Below, piece after piece: positions 52,563 to 64,000 of a stretch of DNA of 64,000 nt. The translations under genes were made by a program, and so were the position numbers. Source of the DNA: Octopus vulgaris (taxonomy: Eukaryota); NCBI GenBank assembly GCA_951406725.2, contig OX597829.1, positions 22,258,001 to 22,322,000 on the forward strand. Reading direction: 5' to 3'. Each line of letters opens with the position of its first letter. Within the stretch, counting starts at the first letter, position 1. The notes beneath the pieces were generated by a model that did not search any database, was not told where the DNA came from, and worked only from the letters and a program-made list of their open reading frames with translations.

Positions 52563-54362
52563 GTATATGAGATATAAAGAAAAGAAAACTATGTCTCAAG
52601 ATATTTCTAATGTCTGAGAGGAGGAGTTATTTGTAAAATTACATGTTTTGACTTTATCTCTTGAGACTATATTCATAACTAACTTAAAAGCTGCACTCCA
52701 TGTGAACTTTTAGGCTAGCTCTTGCGGAGGGCTAATTGGGCCTGTGACCCAAAACTAAGGAGAGCTAATAAGCCTGACTATAATACATCTAAATGCCCTG
52801 GTGGTGTTTGATCAGAGGTTAAAGATGGATGAGAATTAATTCTGTAATGCAATCATTCTATTGTTCCAGTCCGAAGTTGAATTCCAACTGTTGGCCAATT
52901 TGTTCCAAAGTTCTTTTCTTGACATGAAATTAACAAAGTGAATATCATTTATCTCCCCCTTGGTCTCTGACATCATCTGACAAACACCAACCAAGATGGT
53001 GTGAATCGGCTAAACTTTACCTGCTAGAAATAGCAACCTGAATGCTTTTAAATCAGATCCCAATGCTGGATGCTCAAGAACCAAATGAAGGGCAGATTTT
53101 CAATCCCATGATCAACCTGATTCCAAAAAGGTATAACAGGCTGAAAAACAGGGGCCCCAGATGAAATGAAAAAATTTCACTTTTATTATTATCATGAAGT
53201 CTACAACTCCTTAAAGGCATCGTCATTGAATTATTTAACATCCATGTTCCATACTGGGGTGAGCTGAACTGTTTGACAGTATCCGGTAAGCATCATGCTT
53301 CATGTCAGTTTTGACATGTTTTCTATAGCTGGATGCCCTTTCTAATGCCAACCACTTTACAGTATGTACGGGGTGCTTTTTTTTTTTTTTCATGCTACAG
53401 CACAATACAAAGAAGAGGAAGTGGTGAGAAAGGATCTAGACGTTGAGACTCACAAAGGGGATGACAGGAGACCGAGACTTCTGGCTATTTGCTGTGTTTG
53501 AAAAGACACGCCAAGCTAAGTAAAAGTGTGGTTGCCCTTGCATACAGGCTCATCCCCTGCAACCCTCTCTAGCCGAGCATCCCTAATCTTGTGGGCTTGT
53601 AGATGCTGGTGCCACATAAAAATGGAAAACGAATGTTAAATGATGATGATGATGATGACTATATTTCACTTAGGCAACGAGCTGGCAAACGTTAGCACGC
53701 CGGGTGAAATGCTTAGTGGTATTTCGTCTGTTCCCTTTTGCCGAACCGCTAAGTTACGGGGACGTAAGCACACCAGCATCGGCTGTTGAGCTGGAGCATC
53801 GCCTTTAGTTGAGCAAATCGACCCCCAGGACTTATTCTTTCTAAGCCTAGTACTTATTCTATCGGTCTCTCTTGCTGGTTCGACAAAAGGGAACGATAGA
53901 ATAAGTACTAAGCTTACAAAGAATAAGTCCTGGGGTCAATTTGCTCGACTAAAAGGCAGTGCTCCAGCATGGCCACAGTCAAATGACTGAAACAAGTAAA
54001 AAGAGTAAGAGAGACTGCTAACGAGAATTGATGAAATCCCCAATTAACATACACGTTTCTTCTCTTTAATGTTAGAAACAAATTAATATGAAAAAATCTA
54101 TATCAGGTGTTTGAAGTACATGATATGTTGCTTGGACTTAGTACTTTGTTTTAATCAATATATCTTAATGTGTCCAGACATTTAGGAATATATCAACACA
54201 TTTATATAGAAAACACATAAGTTATTAGTGGGTGGGTGTTAGTCTAATGATGGGTAAACCAGTAAAATGTCCCTTAATTTTGATTTTTTTTTTTTTTTTT
54301 TTTTCACTACTGAAGAATTGTGTGTTTGGTACAATGTGCTTATCAAAAGTTGTTTTGTAAAC

Positions 54363-54930
54363 ACAGGTGTAACTATGTGGTAAGAAACTTGCTTCCCAAC
54401 CACATGGTTCTGGGTTCAGTCCCACTGCATGGCACCTTGGGCAAGTGTCTTCTACTATAGCCTCGGGCCAGCTAAAGCCTTGTGAGTGGATTTGGTAGAT
54501 GGAAACTGAAAGAAGCTCATTGTATATGTGTGTGTGTGTGTGTGTGTGTGATCATCATCATTGTTTAATGTCTGCTTTCCATGCTTGTATGGGTTGGACG
54601 GTTTGACAGAACTGGTAAGCCAAGTAGCTGCACCAGGTTACAATCTGATTTGGCAAGGTTTCTATAGCTGGATGCCCTTCCTACCGCCAACCACTCCAGG
54701 AGTGTAGTGGGTGCTTTTAGTGTGTTCGTCTGTCTCCCACCACCACTAGTTGTCAACCAGTGCTGATGTATTTATGACCCCGTAACCCAACGGTTTGGCA
54801 AAAAAGACTGGTAGAACAAGTACCAAGCTTTAAAAAAAAATAAGTGCTGGAGTTGATTCGGTCAACTAAAAATGTTTGAAGATGCTGCCCCAGCATGGCC
54901 ACAGACAAATGACTGAAACAAGTAGAAAAT
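54363..54930 (+). mobile_element. SINE family 1 copy interrupted by a family-3 element (about 54551-54722, - strand)
   Basis: The SINE halves flank a CATCATCAT..GGATGCCCTTCCTA..GTAGTGGGTGCTTTT segment. Confidence 0.75.
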
Positions 54931-55462
54931 TAAGGAGTTCATTCAAGACAGTGTCTCAAAATATTTACTGAATATTTCATTGTGATTTTTTTTTTTTCAG
55001 GTTTAGCATAATTGGTTATCTATTTAACATCTTGAAAGATAACCCATCAACAAGTAAGGTTTTGTCGGTAATTAATTCTTCAATTATTCACACAGACAAC
55101 AAAAGAAACTACTTGTTGACATTACTTGGTCTCTATATACGCATACCACACGCTCAGTATAGATTATCATGCAATTTATATACAAATTTCATGCTTGAAG
55201 TATGTAAGTCAGAGTTTTAAGATGGATTTATGATCCGAACATCTGAACATTATTGATTTTATTGAAAGGTCAACCAATAATCAGCTTGCATTATGTCATT
55301 TAATTTACAGTGGTCAGATTAACATAAAATATCTAGTACAGTGGTTTCTGTCTAAGCTGAAATGGACTTTTAACGTGAAGCCTAACATTTATGCCCTTCT
55401 TTGGGGCATTAATCTGCACTAATCATTGTTTTGTTCTATCTTCTTCCAAATATATGGATTTA

Positions 55463-55760
55463 AAACTCTTTAGCATTCAGATCTCTCTGTCAAATGCAAT
55501 GCTTGGTTGTTCCCATTGTTTTGAGTCAATCATGCATTATCTCCTATCTTTGAGACTTCAGTGATGTGATTTACTCTTCTACTTGTTTCAGTCATTTGAC
55601 TGCGGCCATGCTGGAGCACCGCCTTTAGTCGAGCAAATCGACCCCGGGACTTATTCTTTGTAAGCCCAGTACTTATTCTATCGGTCTCTTTTGCCGAACC
55701 GCTAAATGACGGGGACGTAAACACACCAGCATCGGTTGTCAAGCAATACTAGGGGGACAA

Positions 55761-55807
<47 letters not shown>

Positions 55808-56672
55808 TACGACAGGCTTCTTTCAGTTTCTGTCTACCAAATCCACTCACAAGGCATTGGTCAGCCCGGGGCTATAGCAGAAGACACTTACCCAAGATGC
55901 CATGCAGTGGGACTGAACCCGGAACCATGTGGTTGGTTAGCAAGCTACTTACCACACAGCCACTCCTGCGCCTTTAGTTTTAGAATGGCATTGTAGGGTA
56001 AGTGTGAGAAGCTACATCTGGCCAGTTTTAACATAAAAAGGGCAGAATATTTGAGCTGGATTTAGCTGGTTTAACTCTTTAGCATTCGGATTACTGTATT
56101 GAACATAATACTTATTATTTATTTACACTGCTTTGAATTAATCATGTATTATCGTTGTTTTCAATTAATCATATATTCAATTAATCGAGTATTATCTCAA
56201 AGCTTCAAAATTTCAATGACGTCATTGTTTATTTTTTAGAATGACATTGTGAGGTAGGTGTGAGGTGCTGGATCTGGCCAGTTTGAACATTAAACAGTTA
56301 GAATATTTAGGCAAGATATGGCTGACTTAACACTTTAGCATTCAGATTACTCTGCTCTCAAATGTAATACTTATTTATTCACATTGTTTTGAATTAATGA
56401 AACATTATTTCATAGATTTGAGATTTCAATGATGGGATTGTCTATTTTTAGAATGACATTGTAGGATAAGTGTGAGAGGCCAGATCTTGCTAGTTTCAAA
56501 TTAAAACAGAATATTTAAGCTGGATTTAGCTGGTTTAACCCTTTAGCATTCAGATTACTCTGTCAAATGTAATGCCTATTTATCCACATTGCTTTGAATT
56601 AATCATACATTATCACATACCTTTGAGATTTCAATGGTTCTATATTTTTAGAATGACATTGTAGGGTAGGTG
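55463..56672 (+). repeat. Head-to-tail array of four MITE family B units
   Basis: CTTTAGCATTC(A/G)GA unit starts recur at about 55468, 56077, 56333 and 56541. Confidence 0.82.
55572..55972 (-). mobile_element. SINE family 1 copy nested inside a piggyBac-like MITE
   Basis: Near-identical to the reverse complement of 44689-45094. MITE sequence resumes on both sides. Confidence 0.85.
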
Positions 56673-56954
56673 GGAAGAAGAGAGGAGATGGTAACCTTAA
56701 CATATAGAATTGTAAAAACAGTATTTCGGAGATTGAGTTTCATCTTCCATCACAGAAAATACTTAAGTTCTGACCATTTACAAATTGAAATAAAATCTGA
56801 ATTGATGTGAGAATTGCTCTCAAATTTATGTTACTGGCTATACTGCTGCTGAGTCTTTCCAAGTATAACTTGTGTTGTAATCTTACTCTTGCATGAGGCA
56901 GTGTTGCTGTTACAAATTTATGAATACTCAAGTACAATCCACATTCTAGATATT

Positions 56955-57405
56955 GGTTTCAAATTTTGGCACAAAGCCAGCATCTCCAGGGAAGGAGGTA
57001 AATTAATTACATTGACTCCAATGCTCAGCCGGTACTTAATTTATCTAGCAGAATCGTTAGCACGTCGGGCGAAATGCTTAGCGGTATTTCGTCTGCCGTT
57101 ACATTGTGAGTTCAAATTCCGCCGAGGTCGACTTTGCTTTTCATCCTTTCGGGGTCGATAAATTAAGTACCAGTTAAGCACTGGGGTCGATATAATCGAC
57201 TTAATACCTATGTCTGTCCATGTTTGTCTCCTCTATGTCTAGCCCCTTGTGGGTAATAAAGAAATAGGTACTTAATTTATCGACCCCCAGAAGTAACGAA
57301 AGGCAAAGTCAACTTCAGCAGGATTTGAACTTGGAATTTGATGACAGATGAAATGCTGGTAATCATTTTGCCTGGCATACTAACAATTCTGCCAACTCAC
57401 CACTT
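56955..57405. mobile_element. + strand SINE family 2 copy (57045-57266) nested in a - strand copy
   Basis: TSD GGTACTTAATTTATC at 57030-57044 and 57267-57281. Confidence 0.82.
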
Positions 57406-57414
57406 TATGATAAT

Positions 57415-57744
57415 AACAAGAGCACTCAGAGAGTGCAAACCTCTGCCAAAGCAACACCAATGTTCCTTTCAACAATTAGCCAGAAATGATTTTTAAAATG
57501 AGAATATTTGAAATAAACTCGACTGCTCTCAAGAATTAGGTAAAAAAATTAGGAAAAATAATCCAGAATCCTTGTCTGGTACTCAATCGATCCCAAAATC
57601 TAATCAGTTCAAGCCACAAGGCCAAAAATCTCTGAATGTTTCATTCGAACCCATCAAGCAGTTTCTGAGATATCTTGTACACGGACAAACAAACAAACAT
57701 GACTGAAAACAATACCTCCACCTTGGCGAAGGCGGAGGTAATAA
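57415..57744. mobile_element. HINE/DINE-1-type (Helentron-associated) element
   Basis: AACAAGAG..ACCTCTGCCAA subterminal repeat, (ACAA)n microsatellite and terminal TACCTCC..GGCGGAGGTA hairpin. A second copy is at 42715-43042. Confidence 0.65.
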
Positions 57745-58981
57745 TGGTTTCAAATTTTGCCACAAGGGCTGCAAGTTTGGGGAGTGGGGTAAGTAGATTA
57801 CATCGACCCCAATATTCAATTGGTACTTATTTTATCGCCCCCAAAAGTGATAAAAGGCAAAGTCAACCTTGGCTGAATTTGAACTCTGAATGTAATGACA
57901 GACAAAACACTGGTAAGCATTTTGCCCGGCATGCTAATTATTCTGCCAGCTCACTACCTTAAACCCACACAGTAATCTTTTCTACTCTAAGCACAAGGCC
58001 CAAAATTTTGGAGGAAGGGACCAGTCAATTAGATCATCCCTAGTATGCAACTGGTACTTAATTTATCTAACCTGAAAGGATGAAAGGCAAAATCAACCTT
58101 GGTGGAATGTAAAGACAAACGAAATACGGCTACGCATTTCACCCGGCATGCTAACATTTCTGTCAGTTCACCACCTTCCCCACATAGTAATATTGCAATC
58201 ACACATATGATAGTGCTATTGTTATTTATACAAATATCTCAGACCACATCTAAGAAACATTTAGCTGGCAAAGGGTTACAAGCACATTGTATGTTATCAC
58301 TTGTTACAACATTTACTATTTTAAAATCGCCATTTCATAAGCCTTAGACACTGAGCATCTGATCCAATTATTCTTCTTCAGAACTGGTTTTGTAGAGTGT
58401 CCCATCTACCAACATTTTTCTCCAAAAAACAGCAACCTTCAGTAATAGAACCTAAACAATAGTCTGAAAGTATGATGTAGAAAAGTCAAGGTTATTCCCC
58501 TCTTCCTTTCATGACTGAAAAAGAAAAAATAACACCTATGTGTAAAACCTCTTGAGGTTTATTGAGTCAATTATTGTAATTTTGGGGCCTGTCAGGCATT
58601 GCTTACAATGTGTGTACAAGCCCAGGCAGGATTTTCATTAGGAAGATATGCAGTTGCCCATACATTCAAGTTTTCTCTCTCAGCAGCACATCAATGTTAT
58701 TTCAATGAAAGTCTGTTATACCTTGGCACCAGTGTCGCTGCAGACATTACTGTCAAAATAAACAGACCCGAAACAAATACCGCAGGGCATCTCTTCTGAC
58801 ACTCAAGTAGTTCTGCCATTTCACAATCATTGATTGTTTCACTTTTTGTTGACTCCAAAACTATGAGAGACAATGTTGGCCATAACGGGATTCTGAACAT
58901 GGAATACAGAGTTTGACAAGTGCTGAGACTTGCTGCCTTATTCCCATATTAATTCTGACTATCTTCCATTTATTATTATTT

Positions 58982-59328
58982 TATTCTTTTACTTGTTTCA
59001 GTCATTTGGCTGCAGCCATGATGGAGCACCATCTTTAGTCGAAGACATCATCTCCAGGACTTATTCTATCAGCCTCTTTTGCCGATCCGCTAAGTTTCAG
59101 GGATGTAAACACACCATCATTTGTCAGGTGACGGCGGTGGGGACAACACAGACACACACATGAAGATATATATATATGACGGGCTTCTTTCAGTTTCCAT
59201 CTACCACTCACAAGGCTTTGATCAGCCTGAAGCTAAAGCAGAAGACACTTGCCCAAGGTGCCACACAGTGGGACTGAACCCCAAACCATGTGATTGGGAT
59301 GTAAGTTTCTTACCATACAGCCACACAT
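58982..59328 (-). mobile_element. SINE family 1, diverged copy
   Basis: Same core and tail motifs with more substitutions. Confidence 0.75.
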
Positions 59329-59510
59329 ATTTCTACTTTTAAGGTAACTTTTCACCCTAAGATATAATTTTGGTGTCATTACTCATTGACTTTTCTTGTA
59401 TAGTCCTGCTGGAAGAATGTCAATATATAAGCTTAAATTCATTACATGAAACTTGCAGTTCTTAGACCGGTGATGTAACTTTACAGTTAAATAATATATA
59501 TGACGATGCA

Positions 59511-59815
59511 GAAGGTGCATGGCTCAGTGGTTAGAACTTTGGGTTTACAATCACCAGGTAGTGAGTTCGATTCCCGGACCGGGCTGTGTGTTGTGTTCTT
59601 GAGCAAGACACTTTATTTCACGTTGCTCTAGTTCACTCATTTGTAGAAATGAATTGTGATGTAACTGGTATCAGCTTTTACCTTTCCCTTGGATAACATT
59701 GGTGGCATGGAGGTGGAAGGATAGTATACATGGGTGACTGCTGGTCTTCCATAACTAACCTTGTCCAAACTTGTGCCTTGAAGGGTAATTTTTTTGGTAC
59801 AATCCCATGGTTATT
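59511..59815 (+). mobile_element. SINE family 4 copy
   Basis: TGGCTCAGTGGTTAGAA..GAGTTCGATTCCCGG..TTGAGCAAGACACTTTA. Confidence 0.72.
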
Positions 59816-59904
59816 CCATGGCCATGCTGGGGCACTGCCTTGAAGAATTTTAGTCAAAAAAATTGACCCCAGTACTTTTTTTAAAACCTGATACTTTTGC
59901 TGAG

Positions 59905-59935
<31 letters not shown>

Positions 59936-59938
<3 letters not shown>

Positions 59939-60136
59939 TCTTTTACTCGTTTCAGTCATTTGACTGCAGCCATGCTGGAGCACCGCCTTTAGTCGAGCAA
60001 ATCGACCCCAGGACTTATTCTTTGTAAGCCCAGTACTTATTCTATCGGTCTCTTGCCGAACCGCTAAGTGACGGGGACGTAAACACACCAGCATCGGTTG
60101 TCAAGCAATGCTAGGGGGACAAACACAGACACACAC
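59936..60136 (-). mobile_element. SINE family 1, 5'-truncated copy
   Basis: Only the 3' half is present. Confidence 0.8.
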
Positions 60137-60362
60137 ATATATATATAATGTGTGTATGTATAAATTGAGGATATAATCATTAAAATGATTTAATTATTAT
60201 ATCTTCAATTTATACATGTCATTATATTTACTCCGGTACTATTCTGACAATAAGCATATGGCTGAGATGGGCAATTAGATCTCTTAATATATATGTGGGA
60301 AGTGTATGTATATATTGGTATAGGTATGTATATATATTTTTTACTTATATATGGTTGGTATA

Positions 60363-60414
60363 TTCTGCTGATGAATATAAATTAATTTTTATTACGAAAT
60401 CTTAAGATATAGAG
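60363..60414 (+). ncRNA. Type I hammerhead-like motif with intact catalytic boxes
   Basis: TTCTG-CTGATGA-(ATAAA..TTTAT stem II)-GAA-ATCTTAAGAT (palindromic stem III)-A-TAGAG. Confidence 0.5.
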
Positions 60415-60705
60415 CTGTCCAAAATTTTATAAACCTTCTTGCCCATTTCCTTGCATTCAGTCTTCTGCTAAAAGGAGAACAAATTTAGCATGGTTTGAAG
60501 ACATTCAACATCTACTTCTAGCATATTGGCATTGTACCTCCAGTGCCCTTAATTATAATTATATATATATTTAAACAAAAGCAAATGCTTCAAAATGTTT
60601 TGACACAGGAACATAGTCCAAAACAAACAGAAACACTATTCAAAAATTAACAAGAAGTTCGCAAATCCTTCCCCTTTAGGGGAGGATAACAGTTTCCTAG
60701 TGTTT

Positions 60706-61110
60706 ACTCTCTACTCTTTACTCTTTTACTTGTTTCAGTCATTTGACTACAACCATGCTGGAGCACCGCCTTTAGTCGAACAAATCGACCCCGGGACTTA
60801 TTCTTTGTAAGCCCAGTACTTATTCTATCGGTCTCTCTTTTGCCGAACCGCTAAGTGACAGTGATGTAAACACACCAGCATCGGTTGTCAAGCAATGCTA
60901 GGGGGACAAACACAGACACACAAACATACACACATATATATATATATACATATATACGACGGGCTTCTTTCAGTTTCCGTCTACCAAATCCACTCACAAG
61001 GCTTTAGTTGGCCCGAGGCTATAGTAGAAGACACTTGCCCAAGATGCCAGGCAGTGGGACTGAACCCGGAACCATGTGGTTGGTAAACAAGCTACTTACC
61101 ACACAGCCAC
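60706..61110 (-). mobile_element. SINE family 1 copy flanked by a 47-bp direct duplication
   Basis: Matches the family. Flanks 60659-60705 and 61111-61157 are 45/47 identical. Confidence 0.88.
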
Positions 61111-61619
61111 TCGCAAATCCTTCACCCTTAGGGGAGGATAACAGTTTCCTAGTGTTTCTTATTGTTTATTTTTTCTCTCAATACACAAATGTTCAACAAC
61201 GTTTTCCTTGTGGGAAACCACAGCAAATAAAATAAGCAAATCCTGTAAGCTGGCAGCAAATTCAAAAACAAACTTTGTAGTTAACGATGTAATTATAAGT
61301 TGCTCTAGAACAGAATGATTGCAACAACTAGATCTGAACCAAAGACCTTGGAACAAGGAAAAGTTGAGTTTTTATAAGGAGCTGTAGGTTCAAACAGGGT
61401 AGTAAACAGGTTATCCCACATGATCCTATTTAGAGCCTCTGACTGGTTAAACACAGCAAGTAAGAGACAAATTGCACCAATACCAACCAATTAGAGTAGT
61501 GAACACAACGGGATCCAAATAGCGGCCAAAGGTTAGCTGTTCCCTGCTATGCTCGAATGCATGTATATATAATAAATGGGAGAGAGGAATTTCAGAGTCT
61601 ATGCTACAACACAATCTGG

Positions 61620-63684
61620 TTTGTTTTTTTTTTTCCCATCATAATTTTCAGGAAGATGGATATCCTTTAATGAAATTTTGCAGAAACACCTTTCAAACAG
61701 TATAGATTATGATCATAAAGAAATTTGTGGGGAAAATTTTTTTCTGAAGGGGTGGAAGAGGACTGTCGGAAAGTTTTCACAATCCGTGTTTTTTTCCCCT
61801 CATATCTTTCAGGATCTAGTTTAGTGCCCAGTCACCAAAACGATAAAGAAAAAAAAGAAAGTCTAACAGGTGTGACAAAAAAAAAAAAAAATAACGTGTA
61901 GAAAACGAATGAGACAAAAATTTGGGCAATTGAATGAGGAGTGGGTGAGTGGAGAGGAATTTCGGAAAATTTACACGATCCGATTCTTTTACCTCATAAC
62001 TTTCAGGAAAATGGATATCTTTTAATAGAATTTTACATCTGCAAGATATTTAATTATAACTTCTGAACTTGAAGAAAGTCTGTTGCACAGGTTCTTCATA
62101 GAAGCAGCCAAGTTATACCTTCCTCTCTTGAATCGTTGCTGTTAAATAATTATCAACCAAGACGAAGCTGTGTACATGTATATTTGCGCAATTTTTTGTT
62201 TTCATACTCATATTCTACATGTTTTTTTTTACACCTAATAGACTGGGTGTTTTTCGTTTTGATGACCGGATGCTAAACTAGATCCTGAAATTTATGAAAG
62301 AAAAAACGGATCGTGCAAACATCCCGACAGTCCTCTCCCCATCCATTCGGAAAACATTTTCCCCATAAATTTCTTTATAATCATAATCTATGATGTTTGA
62401 AAGGTGTTTCTGTAAAATTTCATCAAAAGATATCCATTTTCCTGAAAGTTATGAGGGAAAAAACTGGACCGCGTGAATTTTCCAAAATCTTCTCCCCACC
62501 CCTTCAGAAAACATTTTCCCCAGAAATTTCGGTCAATGTACAGTTTAAAACCCGGTCACGAAAGCAACAGAAATTTTCGCAAACGAACGGGGTGGGGGGA
62601 GAGGACTTTCGGAAAATTCACAAGATCCAATTTTTTCCCTCACAACTTTAAGGAAAATGGATATATACTAATGAAACTTTATAGAAATACCTTTCAAATG
62701 GCACAGATTACAATTATAAAGAAATTTCAGGGGAAAATGTTTTCCGAAGGGGTGGGGAAAATTCGCACAATCCAATTTTTTCCCTCATAACTTTTAGGAA
62801 AATGGGTATCTTTTAATGAATTTTTACAGAAACACCTTTCAAACATCATAGATTAAGATTATAAAGAAATTTGTGGGGGAAAATGTTTTCCGAAGGAGTA
62901 GGAAGAGGACTGTCGGAAAGTTCACACGATCCATTTTTTCCCCCTCATAATTTCAAGATCTAGTTTCACTCCCGGTCACCAAAAGGAAAAAACCCAGTCT
63001 ACTGGGTGTAAAAAAACGTGTAGAAAACGAATATGAAAACATATATTTACGCAAATGAACGGGGGGTGGGGAGAGGACTTTCGGAAAATTCACCCAATCC
63101 AATTTTTTTCCCTCATAACTTTTAGGAAAATGGATTGCTTTTAACGAAATTTTACAGAAATACCTTTCAAACGGCATAGATTACGACTATAAAGAAAGTT
63201 GTGGGGAAAATGCTTTCCTGAAAGTTACGAGGGAAAAAAAATCGGATCGTGTGTTTTCCGAAAGTCTTCTCCCCACCCCACCCCCGTTCGGTTGGGGAAC
63301 ATTTTGTTTTCATATTCTTTTCTACATGTTTTTGTACACCTATTACACTTGTGTGTGTGTGTGTCGTTTTGGTGACCGGGAGCAAAACTAGATCCTGAAA
63401 GTTATGAAAGAAAAAAAACAGATCGTGTGAACTTTCGGACAGTCCTCTCCCCACCCCTTCAGAAAAACATTTTCCCCACAAATTTCTTTATAATCGTAAT
63501 CTATGATACTTGAAATGTGTTTCTATAAAATTTCATTAAAAGATATCCATTTTCCTGAAAGTCATGAGGGAAAAAGCCGGATCATGTGAATTTTTCGAAA
63601 TCCCCTTCAGAAAACATTTTCCCCTGAAATTTCTTTATATTCGTAATCTGTGCCATTTGAATAGTATTTCTATAAACTTTCATT

Positions 63685-63737
<53 letters not shown>

Positions 63738-63941
63738 ATTTTCGTTAAAGTTACGAGGGAAAAATCGGTTCTTCTGAACTTTCCGAAAGTCCTCTCCTCA
63801 TCCCGTTCTTTTGCGCAAATTTTTGTTTCTGTATTCATTTTCTGCCAATTTTTTTCACCTGGTAGGCTGGGTCTTTTTCTTGTTTTGTTTTACTTTTTGT
63901 TTTTCTCATGACCGGGTCTTAAATTGTATATTGACCTGAAA
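61620..63941. repeat. Fold-back / alternating inverted complex repeat block
   Basis: A ~150-180-bp unit (AAATGGATATC..TGAAATTTTACAGAAACACCTTTCAAA..AAAGAAATTTGTGGGGAAAA..GAGGACT.TCGGAAA) recurs in +,-,+,- orientation blocks. Confidence 0.82.
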
Positions 63942-64000
63942 TGCTGCCTAAATCGATTTTTTCTAAATTGTCATGGTTTATGCTGCAAGGGAGATCACTC

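Noticed and set aside
59511-59585. tRNA-like sequences (also at 33410-33466, 36675 and 44689)
   Set aside because: No complete cloverleaf. They run directly into SINE bodies, so they are SINE heads and not tRNA genes.
52400-64000. A second protein-coding gene downstream of OSBP
   Set aside because: I could not recognise any exon with protein similarity on either strand. Small exons cannot be excluded.

Overview
This is AT-rich eukaryotic genomic DNA, dense in microsatellites and SINEs. The repeat families suggest a coleoid cephalopod such as Octopus (inferred, not verified). The only protein-coding gene I can support is the 3' part of an oxysterol-binding protein (OSBP1-type) gene on the + strand. 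It has 10 GT-AG exons from 3267 to 46716 whose phases join into one open frame of 1761 nt (586 aa plus stop), encoding the coiled coil, an FFAT motif (EFFEAVE) and the full ORD domain (EQVSHHPP signature). The PH-domain exons must lie upstream of the window. Nearly all other ORFs in the track are artefacts of microsatellites or SINEs. The introns hold several tRNA-derived SINE families, piggyBac-like (TTAA) and hAT-like MITEs, Helitron/HINE-type elements, and a fold-back repeat block at the window end. The most notable observations are: (i) a ~460-bp spacer-less palindrome built from a tRNA-headed element whose tail carries a Penelope-type minimal hammerhead ribozyme, plus further degenerate hammerheads elsewhere; (ii) two frame-preserving candidate microexons (18 and 27 nt) in the last OSBP intron; (iii) an AG|GTAAGT recursive-splice motif at the start of the EQVSHHPP exon; (iv) a MITE insertion with its empty paralogous site next to it; (v) a SINE with a 47-bp target-site duplication.
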